DNA of 63,594 nucleotides, the filler included. It is 15 parts of 15 records of this genome, joined end to end, with 100 filler letters (N's around TTAATTAATTAA, not from the genome) between each part and the next. Parts side by side here need not be neighbours in the genome. Positions count along the whole stretch, not along the records: positions 23,353 to 27,800 come from SRR15195285_9472; positions 27,901 to 31,870 come from SRR15195285_9485; positions 31,971 to 35,870 come from SRR15195285_9501; 12 more parts are not named here. The stretch is one strand, 5' to 3'. The notes beneath the pieces are model-generated. The model saw only the letters and a program-made list of their open reading frames with translations. It was not told the origin of the DNA and ran no database searches. Below are positions 23,353 through 34,195 of this stretch, in pieces. Made by a program: the position numbers and the translations under genes. Within the stretch, counting starts at the first letter, position 1; every line of letters starts with the position of its first letter.

Positions 23353-26300
23353 GCACTCATCAGCCTGATCTCCAGTGCATGACGTACACGACCGGCTTTC
23401 AACGGATGGTACTGTGTCGAAGTCACTGCAACATATTCCGTTTGCATACGCGGTGCCAGGAGATAAGCATGTTGCAGATAAACAATCTGCTTGCTCTCCA
23501 CCAGTGCACGCAATGCAAGATTTGTTCGCTACAGACGGTTCACTAGAAAAGTCGTTGCAGCACATACCGCGAGGAATGGCCCCGTTTGGACATTCAACAG
23601 CCCCAAAGAATCCATCGCGGGAGGTCGAGTGATCAGACAGAAACGACAGGAACAGTTCCGCACCGGTTGACACTACTGATATCGACGCAAGCGAAACATG
23701 AATCCAGCCAACAGCACCACACTCAGGAAATTGGCCACTAAATGTCAGCTGCCCTTCTGTTACAACGACAGTACGGGCAAAAGTATCACCTTGCCCTGCA
23801 GACAGCGTGCCTACTCCAGCAGCTGAGCCCTGCAGCTTGCAGCTAGCTGTGGTGAGATCGTACCCTATGTCAAAGTACCCGATTTCAACGCTATAAGTGC
23901 CATTTGGTAAAAAGATCGACCAGCTTTCCTCGCCTGGCCATCGATCGTCTCGGTCTGGAATAATAAGGCTGCTTTCTCGCGTGTGTAGGCTATCACGGTC
24001 GCGAACATCGCCAGCTGCGCCAAGGTCATTGGACCAACCATACACGAAGCCGTTTCCTTTGTCGCCTAGCAGAGATCCTGAGTCAGCTAGATAACCCACT
24101 GGAGTTGCCATCGAGCTTGGTTGAAAGTTTATTCTGACAACGGTGGTCCCCGTTAAAACGGACATCAGCGGAGCAAAGCTATCAACTCCGTCATGCACTC
24201 TCAGGAAGTCACGGCCGGCCTCCAAATCGAGTCTTGTAATGGTGAGGACGACGGGCGCTGCATTGCAGGCAAGAAGCCAGCGACATTCTGCATTATTTGC
24301 GTATGTGCTCATAGACACTGGAGCATCTGTAGGCGTGATTGAAGGTACCCGCGTCACTTCGGGAACGAGGGTTGCCCATTGCCTCCATTCAATTGCCTGA
24401 GCGAAAAACCAGGCCTTTGCGGTGCTGTCTGACACAACTTCTGAGGTGACAGCCAAACCCGCAATCAGCCCCTTAAAATGTAGGTCTGCGTTCGAGTCCA
24501 TCCTCGATCCGATGAACACATCTGTAAGGAGCTCGAACGCTCCCATCGAATGTTCCCAACCCAGTGCAGGGCTGCCGTCAATGTTTGTAGACTCTGCGAC
24601 GACGCTGAGCTCGCTAGCTGCCAGTTGAACTCCATCCAGCTGAACGGTGGTCACTGCACCACTGTGCGCTACAACATAGTGATGCCAAGCATTTCGAAGA
24701 TCGTACATCATCTCAAACGTAACAATTTGTGAATTCACGTCGACGAGTTTTTGATAGTGTCTGTTGTTCGCGCACTCCAAGTAAATGTTGATATTGCTGT
24801 TGGTTGTGTCGAAGATGCTGCCCTCGTTCCTACGTTCTCAACCAAAAGAGGCAGTGAGTCAATCGGTTCACTATACCATATGCATATGCAGTGACATATT
24901 CAAAAGAGACTTACCTCGCGTGCGAGTAGATGTACTCCCACGACACACCTGTGGTCTTGCAATCACTTTTGTAAAACCAGATTCCAACAGTCCAAGTTCC
25001 ATCAGCAGCATAGTTCCAGTTAGCAATCGTAGCGATGTCATCAACACCATCCAGAGTCAACCCGCTTGCATCGATAGAGGCAGATCCCACAAGGCTGACC
25101 TGTTCAGCCGCCCCCCCACCAGTAGTTGCAAAAGGTATATACAGCTGTGGATCTTGATGAATGCCGAAAGCATCGTGGTTAGATAAGGCCGACACACCCG
25201 TGTCTGGGCACGCGAGGATAACTGAGTTCAGACGAATTACTGAATCTGCTCCTTCGTCCCGGAGCGTTATCACGTCTCCAATCTGGACCGAGAGATCAAG
25301 GACTACGCTGTTCGTGCTAGGTAGAGCAGTAGCAACAGCAACGCCATTCTGTTTCAGCACAACTGAGCCAGTGCCATGCCAGCAATTGCCGAAATCGATC
25401 GTGATAGTCCCAGTGGACGGTATTTCAAATCGGAGCTCTCCGACCGATGACGAAGGCGCCCAAGCGAAGAAGTTCTGCCCACCTTGGCACAGTGCGGCCA
25501 CATCAGACTGGTCCATGTGAGTGATCAGCCCTGAGCTAGTCCATCCACTTGCACGCATTGCATCCCATGAGGAAAACTCGTTCCGGTTGATTGGAATGCA
25601 GGCTGTACTGCCTCCACCACACGCGGCTCCACCTGTTCCTTGAAATGTGGAATATCCAGAACTACATGTCGCAGCGTGACAGTCTTCTACACTTCCGGTC
25701 GTGCACGCAGTACACGAACTATCGACAACCGAGCCTGGCATAGCAGCATCGAACGATCCCAAGATGTCACACGAAAATGGTAGCAAAAATGGTTTGACGA
25801 CGGATAATTAGGGTCGGCTTTGCTCACCAACACCCGAAAAGTCATTGCAGCAGACTCCACTACGATACCCAGAGAAGCCTGCTGCACACGTAGCTGATAG
25901 ACAATCTGATGGCTGATCGCCAGTGCATGTGGTGCACGAATTGTCCACAATTGATATGTCATCGGAGAAATCGTTGCAGCAGATTCCGCGCGGAGATCCA
26001 CCATTCGGGCATCTTACCATCGCAGTGAAACCATGTGCTGAAACCGACCCTACGCAAAACAAAAAGGAGAGTCAGCCAGCGATCTTTCGTCCATGTGACT
26101 ATGGACGCACCGTCGGACGTAAATCTAAGGTACATCGTGGAGCCTGTCGATATCTGCAGCGTTGGTAAATGGTTTCCAGTCAATCTATCAAGCTGTGGAG
26201 CGCTGGCATCGTTTCCGTCGAACACGGTCAGAAAATCATAGGTCATTTCGACCTCGAAGCTTGAAAATGACAGTTCGACAGGAGCTGTCACACACGTTAC

Positions 26301-27763
26301 AAGCCACTCGCACTCGGCATTGTGAGTATAATCTTGGATGGTGATCACGTCCTCATGCGTTACCGTAGCAAAGCTTGATCCACATGCGTCAAATGTTGAC
26401 GTTTGAAAGCCGAAATGGCCTGGGGCACAAGTCGCTGCGTTACAGCCTGCTGATACTGTTCTCGAACAAGCGGCACACGAGTCGTCTAGGACAGATGCGA
26501 TGTCGCTGAAATGCCAGCAGGCATCTGTAAAGCTCTGCTGCGCGTTTTGTGCTGTTGCGTAATGAATGTTGCGTGCCCAATGGTTGTTTGTTAAGCCACC
26601 TGTGCGGCCGCTGAAGCCGAGGTATGCCGGTGCTGGTAGGGTGTAGCTCTCAATGAAAATGTGTCGGGCGCCGTAGGATTCCCCGTCAAAGCTGAAAGAG
26701 ACCCACGCGCCGGGGGCCGCAGGCGAGATGTCTAATATGACAGTGTGCCACGTCGAATCTTCGAACAAGCTAACCGGCGGAGAGTTGCCTGAAGGTGCCA
26801 AATCCTGCCAAACTACAGCCCCGTCGTAGAATATATCCACTCCTGCGTCCGTGTTGTACGTGTCAAAGCAGAGCGAGACGCCGGCAGAGACGCCTGCCTC
26901 TTCTACGCCAGAGAGAGAGCGGCCGCCCATGTTCATACACATTCCGTCAGCACCAGAGCCATCGCCACAGTACATCTCAAAACTAATGCGCACGGGGGTT
27001 TCTGCAGACATATCGGTTGCGTGTGGAATTGAAAATCCACACGCAGTTGCACCGGCAACGAATTCCAGCCGATCCACGTACAACCTGTCCTCTCGCTCGG
27101 CAATGAACAGGGAATGCTGGCCAGCACCAACTGAAAATTCCCGAGACACAGACGACCATTCGAAGTCAAGCGAGCCGGCCACCAGGGTGCCGACTTGACT
27201 CAAGTGCCATTCATGGAAGGCTGCAGTCACATCGTCTACCTGCAACCGAGCACTGTCTGAATTTGCGTCGGTCGTCACTACGCGTAGCTTCCAGGATGCC
27301 GTCGTGGCGGCAGTGCACTCGAATGGGTACTCGATGTAGCCGCTACCCACACCACCGACTGTGTTGGCGGGCCCCGGGAACTCGACGTAGCCCTTTGAGA
27401 AATCTGCGCCGCCATTCGCGGCGGCATAATTCGTACCTGCGATAGCTGCGACCCATGTTTCGGTGGGTGTGGTGAGGTCCGCGAAGCATGTGCCAGACTG
27501 GCTCGTGGCGGCCGTCGTGATGGATAACATTGGCGTATCGCCCTGCGTCGTTGCTTGGCACCCGGGCTCAGAACGTCCGTCGAGCTCAAAACCGGCGAGT
27601 GGAATAGTGGTGAACAGCTTTGGTATTGTGCAACACTCGTTGGCCTGACAAGGATTGTCAGCGCACGTAATTGTGCTAGGATGAGCGCGTAGCAGGCAAT
27701 CGAAGCCGGAGCACCAGCTGCAGTCGAAGCCGGAGCATGTAGGTGGCGGCAGTTCATCTATAT
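23353..27763 (-). CDS. Internal fragment of a giant extracellular mosaic protein: L-type lectin, carbohydrate-binding beta-sandwiches, two CUB domains, LamG/ConA-like domain, Cys-rich repeats; truncated at both ends
   Basis: GDGSGADG...YLGFSGRTGG (L-lectin); Y.NNAEC.W...YDFL.V.DG...F.SD (CUB, twice); LDGVDD...WHHYVV...FKGLIAGL (LamG). Introns at about 26050-26110, 25735-25827 and 24829-24914 restore frame. Confidence 0.85.
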
Positions 27764-27771
27764 CAACGAAT

Positions 27772-27800
27772 GCACGCACGCACGCACGCACGCACGCACA
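27772..27800. repeat. Contig-terminal microsatellite (GCAC)n; representative of several
   Basis: Other contig ends lie in (AGCCAG)n at about 23224-23252, (CCG)/(CAC)n at 31830-31870, (GCA)n at 35971 and 48402, (CACCAT)n at 39960-39985 and (TAC)n at 55583-55609. Confidence 0.9.
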
Positions 27801-28146
27801 NNNNNNNNNNNNNNNNNNNNNNNNNNNNNNNNNNNNNNNNNNNNTTAATTAATTAANNNNNNNNNNNNNNNNNNNNNNNNNNNNNNNNNNNNNNNNNNNN
27901 GTCAGAGGGGTGCCCTGCAGTTCTCAGTGACGAGTGATGAGTTTTTCCCTCCTATCCACCCTCTGATGAAATCCTCTCTGTCGCGGTGCTCCGTGCCGGC
28001 AGCCCGCACCCAAATTCCGAGTCCAGAAACTCGAAGCCATCAACTCGTTGCTTCCCAATCGCCTCAATGAGCTATGGGCTGAGTACGGGAAATTAGTACC
28101 AGTTTTGATTTCGGCGCTGAGCGTTGCGGTGGGCGCTGGGCCTTTG

Positions 28147-30270
28147 ATGGCGCCTGCTTTGATGGCGCCCCCTTTGATGGGGGCGGTGGTGTGGTGGATG
28201 CTGCTGGCGGTGCTGCTGCAGGGCGCGGCGGGGGATGCACCGCGGGACAGGCGGCCGCAGAGGCCGCACAGGGACTTTGTGAGCTCGGAGGGCAAGCATG
28301 TGATGTTCGTGTCGCTGGCGGTGCCGTCGCACATCCGGCCGCTGAACCACATGGCGTCGGAGCTGATCGGTCGGGGCTACCGCGTGTCGTTTGCGATCCC
28401 GGAGGAGGGGCGGAAGATGGTCAACACGGGCATCACGGTGGTCTCCTCCGGACCGTCGGCGGTTCCGCCCAAGGAGCTCAAGCACCGGTTCCGCATCATG
28501 TCGCAGGAGTCTACCGCCTTCCGAGGGATCCTGACGTCGTTCAACGAGGTGCTGCTGCCATCCGTCATGCCGATGTTCAAAAGCTTGAAGCCGAGCATCA
28601 AGCAGTCGTCGCCGGACATCATGGTCATCGATATTGCAGCGCTTGCCGGAGTGATGCTGGCGGAGGAGTACGACATCCCCTACGTACTGAACAACCCGTC
28701 GCTCCTGTTTTCGCCCGGCGAGTCCTCAGCGCTCATCCCGGCTTGGGGCAGCGGGTTTGGGACGTCGATGTCTCTGGCCGACCGCTGCCTCAACGTGGTG
28801 TTCCCGCGGCTGCTGTCGTTGGCGCTGATTCCCTCTTTCATGCACCTGAACCGCATTCGATGGGACTTGTTCCTCGACCTGTACCGCAGCCAGCACGACG
28901 TCATCCGCCATGCGCCGATTCTGACCGATACTGTCTTTGGTCTTGAGTACCCGCGGCCGCTGCCCCCGCTCGTCAAGATGGTGGGCCCACTCCTGCCGGC
29001 AAAGCTGCCGCAACTCTCGAGCTCAGTGACAGACTGGATTCGGAGCGCTGAACCACCAGTAGTGCTGATCCACCTCGGGAGTATGACGTATCTGGAGCCG
29101 TGGCAGGTCAAGGAGATGCTCGACGGGTTCAGCAACGACGCCTTCCGAGTGCTCTGGGTCATGAACAAATCGCAGAGGCAGGCGGTACCTTACGTGCCAG
29201 GGTCGTTCCTGATCGAGGCGAACGTGCCGTATCTGGCTATTGTCTCCCACCCCGAAGTGATCGCTGTGGTGTCGAACTGCCAGCTCGACGCAGCGCAGGA
29301 AGCACTGTACTTCGGCAAACCGATCTTGTGTCTTCCGTTCTATATGGACCAACCGGATGTTGCCTCTCGGGTTGTTGATGTAGGGGCTGGGCTGACTGTC
29401 GAAAAGGCGTCGCTGTCGTCCGTGGTACTCAGCCACAAGATCTGGACGCTGATCAGCAACGACTCCTTCACCGAGAAGGCGGGGCAAGTTCGCAAGTTGC
29501 TGGAACGTGCTGGGGGTACGCAGCGAGCTGCCGACTTCATCCAAGAAGCGTTAGAGGTTGGAACGGAGCACTGGACGACTGTTGATGCCAGCAGGCCATG
29601 GCACAAGCAGCTCAATCTTGACATTGCTGCAGTGTTTGCGGCCCTTATCCTGCTGCTCGTCATCGCCACACGCTCGCTGTGCTCGGCAGTCGTGCACGCA
29701 TGGCGCGCAGCCGTCAAGCACCTTGAGCTGAAGATTCCTGCGGTTCCAGCGGGACAGCAGGAGAATAACGCAGCGGCCAGCGGCATCGACTGCACGCCGC
29801 AGAAGCAGTACGGAGAGGCAGGGGGGGGAGCAGGTAATGCAGCGTCCGGCGCCCTACAGCAGAGCACTGCAGCTGAAGACAGCAGTAGTCGGGGAAGTTT
29901 ACGCGGCGGTGGGTCTGGGAACGGAGGACCAGGCGAGGCGGTAGCAGGGTTGCAAGCGCAGCAGGATTCAGCATCTCCGAAGAGCGGCGGGAACATGTCC
30001 GCGACAGCAGCAGGTGGAGGAACAAGTGCGGTCGCAGCCGGAGCTGGAGATGAACCAGCTTCAGAAGGGTCGCGGGCAACGAACGGCACAGGTTCACTGG
30101 GTCTACAAGCTGTTGCAAGCCCTGCATCGGAGGGCGCGGGCAGCAGCAGTGCCGATGCGGTGGCGAGCGGAGGCGACGCGAACAGCCACCCATCGAGCGG
30201 TGGACTCGCCAAACGCAGCGCTGCTGCTGCTCCATCTGCATCTGCTAGTGATGCTGCAGCGACCAAATAG
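28147..30270 (+). CDS. UDP-glucuronosyltransferase-like GT1 glycosyltransferase with signal peptide, C-terminal TM helix and long Gly/Ala/Ser tail; intronless
   Basis: PSHI..L...L..RG.RV (catalytic His), LEYPRPLPPLVKMVGP, IHLGSM, HP....EALYFGKPILCLPFYMDQ and TM IAAVFAALILLLVIA. Confidence 0.9.
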   Translation: MAPALMAPPLMGAVVWWMLLAVLLQGAAGDAPRDRRPQRPHRDFVSSEGKHVMFVSLAVPSHIRPLNHMASELIGRGYRVSFAIPEEGRKMVNTGITVVSSGPSAVPPKELKHRFRIMSQESTAFRGILTSFNEVLLPSVMPMFKSLKPSIKQSSPDIMVIDIAALAGVMLAEEYDIPYVLNNPSLLFSPGESSALIPAWGSGFGTSMSLADRCLNVVFPRLLSLALIPSFMHLNRIRWDLFLDLYRSQHDVIRHAPILTDTVFGLEYPRPLPPLVKMVGPLLPAKLPQLSSSVTDWIRSAEPPVVLIHLGSMTYLEPWQVKEMLDGFSNDAFRVLWVMNKSQRQAVPYVPGSFLIEANVPYLAIVSHPEVIAVVSNCQLDAAQEALYFGKPILCLPFYMDQPDVASRVVDVGAGLTVEKASLSSVVLSHKIWTLISNDSFTEKAGQVRKLLERAGGTQRAADFIQEALEVGTEHWTTVDASRPWHKQLNLDIAAVFAALILLLVIATRSLCSAVVHAWRAAVKHLELKIPAVPAGQQENNAAASGIDCTPQKQYGEAGGGAGNAASGALQQSTAAEDSSSRGSLRGGGSGNGGPGEAVAGLQAQQDSASPKSGGNMSATAAGGGTSAVAAGAGDEPASEGSRATNGTGSLGLQAVASPASEGAGSSSADAVASGGDANSHPSSGGLAKRSAAAAPSASASDAAATK

Positions 30271-30552
30271 CGGCTGGTGATGCCTCACGGCTAGGAGGAT
30301 GCCAGGTGTTATACGCGGGTGCTTGGATTCCATGTAGAGGCAAGGCTAGATCCGCTGTCTACAGTCTGCAGCACACACATCATGCGCGTCGAAATGCAGC
30401 CAATGCTTGACCACCCTTTTATACACCAGTGCCCCTCCACAAATGGCCGAGTTCGACCACGTTCTTCCGGTAGTGATGCTGGCGCGCGTGGGCAGCAGCC
30501 AGATACAGACATGCGGAAGTTGCCCGGTCCGCGGTGTGGTCCGCGTGCCTGC

Positions 30553-31800
30553 TCATCCCGAATCCTCGTCCAGCTCTTCGTCTAGATACAAGTCTGACGA
30601 GAAGCACGCCGCCATGACGCCCGCGGCAGTGGCGAACAGCGTCACGAGCAGCGAGACGACGTTGAATCCGGTCATTCCACTGAGGTCATCGCACCACCCG
30701 TGACCTTTGTAATATGGAAGCTCGCGCTCATCTGCGGTGAGCTGATCCCATTTGATATTGTTCGTGCAATGGTCGTCCATTTGCCCTATCAACATAATGG
30801 TCAATAGTGCCGCCATGCCTGGCACGCACGCGGGCATGCATCAGCGAATCGACGACAAGCCGATGGCGTAAGCTGCATCGCAGCAGTGACTGGCTACGAT
30901 TGTACACTTACTCCAAACGACTCCCAAGAGTGCAAAGAAGTACGAAGCGAACTTGATGTGCCTCATGGACACCGCGTAACCGAGGACCAACATAAATACA
31001 GAAGCTATCAACATTTTGACATTCGAGCTAATCTCAGCCTCCATGCGTGGTTTGAAGGTGCAGCCGTCACGCGGGTTGCACCCGTCCCCAGCCCAGAGCC
31101 CTGGATTGTCTGCCTTCCAGGCCGCCAATCCCGCAGAGCAAGAGCAGCAGTGCCACTGGACCTTGTTCGCGTCGCCACCATTGTCCGTGCACTCAGTCCC
31201 ACTGCCGTCATCGTTCACCTCCCTGATCGGGCTGTAGCCATCGGCGCAGCTGACCGTTGCCTGTGGCGCAGCGCAGCAAGTGTCCTCGGTGCCAGTGTCG
31301 TCGCGACACGCATTGAAGTTGGTATTCGGAACACTCGGAGACTCGCATATCCCGTAGTCATCGGGTACATCGGCATCGCGGTCGTCGCCGGTAACGCCGC
31401 CGCTGCAGCAGGTGCTTCCCTCCACCATAGTTGGCGCTGCGCCGTTGTACCGCGCTACAGAGATCTCAGCCCACGTGCCCATCATCGGCGTTTGACCTTC
31501 GCCGACGTCGCCGGCGGTCTCGCACGTGTCGTCGTTGCCAGAATTGGTCAGCGACGTCCAGTCCGGGTACACAGCTAACACGACAGGGGCAGCACACGAC
31601 CCGGTGGTGAGTACCTACCGTACGTACGTCGCGCGTCTAGCACTACTAAGGACATCGTCGAGGACCCGCCGCGGCCCTGAAGCGGTGTGGGGCGCACCAA
31701 AACTGATCAGATGCACCAAAAAGAAGAGCCCCGCCGAGACGATGCACAACTTCGTGCCGATGGTCCCATTCGCAAACCCTTTCGTCCCTCCCTTCCCCAT
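30553..31800 (-). CDS. Four-TM (claudin/PMP22-like topology) membrane protein with a large Cys-rich first loop; 3 exons
   Basis: Introns at about 31576-31697 (GTGCGC..TTAG) and 30819-30911 (GTAAGT..CCAG) give ...LISF|AVYPDW... and ...VVWS|MAALL. Four hydrophobic segments and an acidic tail. Confidence 0.72.
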
Positions 31801-31970
31801 CCCAGGCTGCTATAGCTCACCTACCCACAACCACCGCCGCCGCCGCCGCCGCCACCACCACCACCACCACNNNNNNNNNNNNNNNNNNNNNNNNNNNNNN
31901 NNNNNNNNNNNNNNTTAATTAATTAANNNNNNNNNNNNNNNNNNNNNNNNNNNNNNNNNNNNNNNNNNNN

Positions 31971-34138
31971 GCATATCATGCATTTGCGGGCCACCCTGCT
32001 TCGCGCGGTCGTCGGCGCAATCGGGTCCTGTCTGTTGGCCGTGCTGACATGCTCTATGCTGTCGGCGGGGAGGCGGGTTCGCAAGGTGCGACCAACAGTA
32101 TGGAGAGGTTCAATCTCGATGACCCTGACGCACGTTGGGAACTCTCCATTGCCATGCCGAGCGAGCGTCTGTATCACAGCGTCGGCGTCGTGAACGAGGA
32201 GATGTACTTGGTTGCTGGGCGCGGTGATAAGCACGACTCACACACCGGATGCTCTGGAACTCACTGCAACCTGAACACCGCGCTGCGCTACGACGCGCTT
32301 CTAGGCGAATGGGACGACATGGCTCCGATGCACAATGCTCGCCAGTATCAAGGCGCTGCTGGCGACGACGAGGCGGACCTGCTGTACGTCGCGGGCGGCA
32401 GGTCCGCAGAGGTCTCGGCGGAGGTGATGGACACTCGTTCTGGCACTTGGGCAAATCTACCTGATCTTACGCGCCCGCGGAGCGGCGTTGCTGCAGTGGT
32501 TGTAGATAGTATCTTGTGGGTTATTGGTGGCTACGACGGCAATGACGTCTATCTGGACAGTGTCGAGTGGTTCGACATACGCAACGATGAGATTCGTTGC
32601 CGTGCCGACCCCAACTGTGTCGAAGACGTCGCCGACTGGTACGCAGAGAATGGCGATGGCACGCATTCGGGGCAGGAATGGACTAGCGAGACACACGCGA
32701 GTGGCACGAAGGACACCACAATCGACCCAAGTCTCGTCGACGGCAGGCGTCGCCAGCAGGCTACGCAGGGTTGCGACGCGGACACCATTGGAACAGGCCT
32801 TACCAACATCGCGAGCGCTTGTGGTGGCGCCACAGTGCCTACAGAATGTTCGCACCAGTGCGCGCAGGTCTACACCGACTTTTGGGCGGTTTGTGAAGCG
32901 ACCGTGCGGGCCCAGAACCCAGATATCGCGACGTTGCTGTCTCCACTAGATGATCTATGCATTGACGGGCTTAGCGCCGTAGACAATGGTTTCGATGTTG
33001 ACGGGTGGGAACACGGCGAAGAATCGGGCACGCAGTATGTTGAGCAGGCTGCGGGGTGCCCTCAAGGTCATCCAAATTGCGACATTCGCGAAATGACTGG
33101 AGATGGTGGAGGAAATTTTCAGGGGGTCCATCAACATGCCTGCGGTGGTGGCGACGACGACTGCGAGGGAGACTGGCATGAGCTCGACGAGAGCATGCTC
33201 TCACGTCGCGCCTATTTGTGTGCCACGGTCATTGACCATGACGCCGACGGTGATCAAGAGATTTTTGTCCTCGGAGGCAAAAGCCACAATAACATTGCGC
33301 TCAAATCAGCAGAGGTTTTTGACATCGAGCGCCGAACCTGGACCGCAATCCCTGATAATTATGTCTACAGAACGATGGGGGCATGGATGTGCCTCGCACC
33401 GTGGCAAAATTTATGCTGTGGGTGGCAAGGTTGCACCTCCGGGCCGGGATTACTTGACGTCGATGGAGGTGTACGACAGCTCGACTCGCACCTGGACAAG
33501 CCACCGTTCGCAGATGTCTCACCGCCGCGCCTTCTTTGGCATCGGATTGATCCATGGAACACCTACGGAGGAAGTTGAGCTAATGACACCCTGGCGAGCT
33601 TGTGCTCCTGACCTTGCGGCGAATTCCGACGCCGCTTCATTAGCGGACAGCGGAGGTGTGGTCACAAGGGAAGACGCCATGGCCGATTTCATGGCGCAAA
33701 AGGATCAGATGAAAGCAGTTTGCATGGCGGGAGACGCCTCATGGCAGCAAAGCGAAGCAGAATCACCCGGGTGGGGTATTCCACGCGCTTGCACAGCGGA
33801 GTGCTACGCTTCGTTCATGACCATCGCCAGCAACTGCAAGACCATTCTTGAGGAGCATCTGTACCTCCATATGGCCGGCGGAACCTACGGCGACGAGGTG
33901 TGATACTGTCTATCTTTTCTTCCAATGCATTGTCTTGCTTGTGTCTTAGCCTGTGGGTCTGCGGTGTGTTGTTGTTGCGTGACTAACATTTGCCTCTGAA
34001 CCGGACAAAAATCATTTGGTGTTCGTGTACGCGCAGACGATGTTCGAACAGCTAGTCGAGAACTGTCTCAGGAACGAAGTGTATGACATGGCCACTGGCG
34101 AATGGCACTATGGCCAGCAGCCGGGAAGTGGCCACTAA
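31971..34138 (+). CDS. Kelch-repeat protein with two Cys-rich helical modules; 5'-truncated; one frameshift near 33360; ends ...GSGH*
   Basis: Six LYxxGG...E.YD...W kelch blades. The last blade lies in another frame (MSTERWGHGCASHRGKIYAVGG). Final intron about 33898-34036; TAA at 34136-34138. Confidence 0.8.
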
Positions 34139-34195
34139 GCTGACGGCATCAACAATGAATAGTCAGCCTTGCCACAACAGTACTCGCTCCGCATT

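Noticed and set aside
28141-28185. Three 15-nt repeats each carrying an in-frame ATG at the UGT start
   Set aside because: A simple local tandem duplication that only makes the start codon ambiguous.
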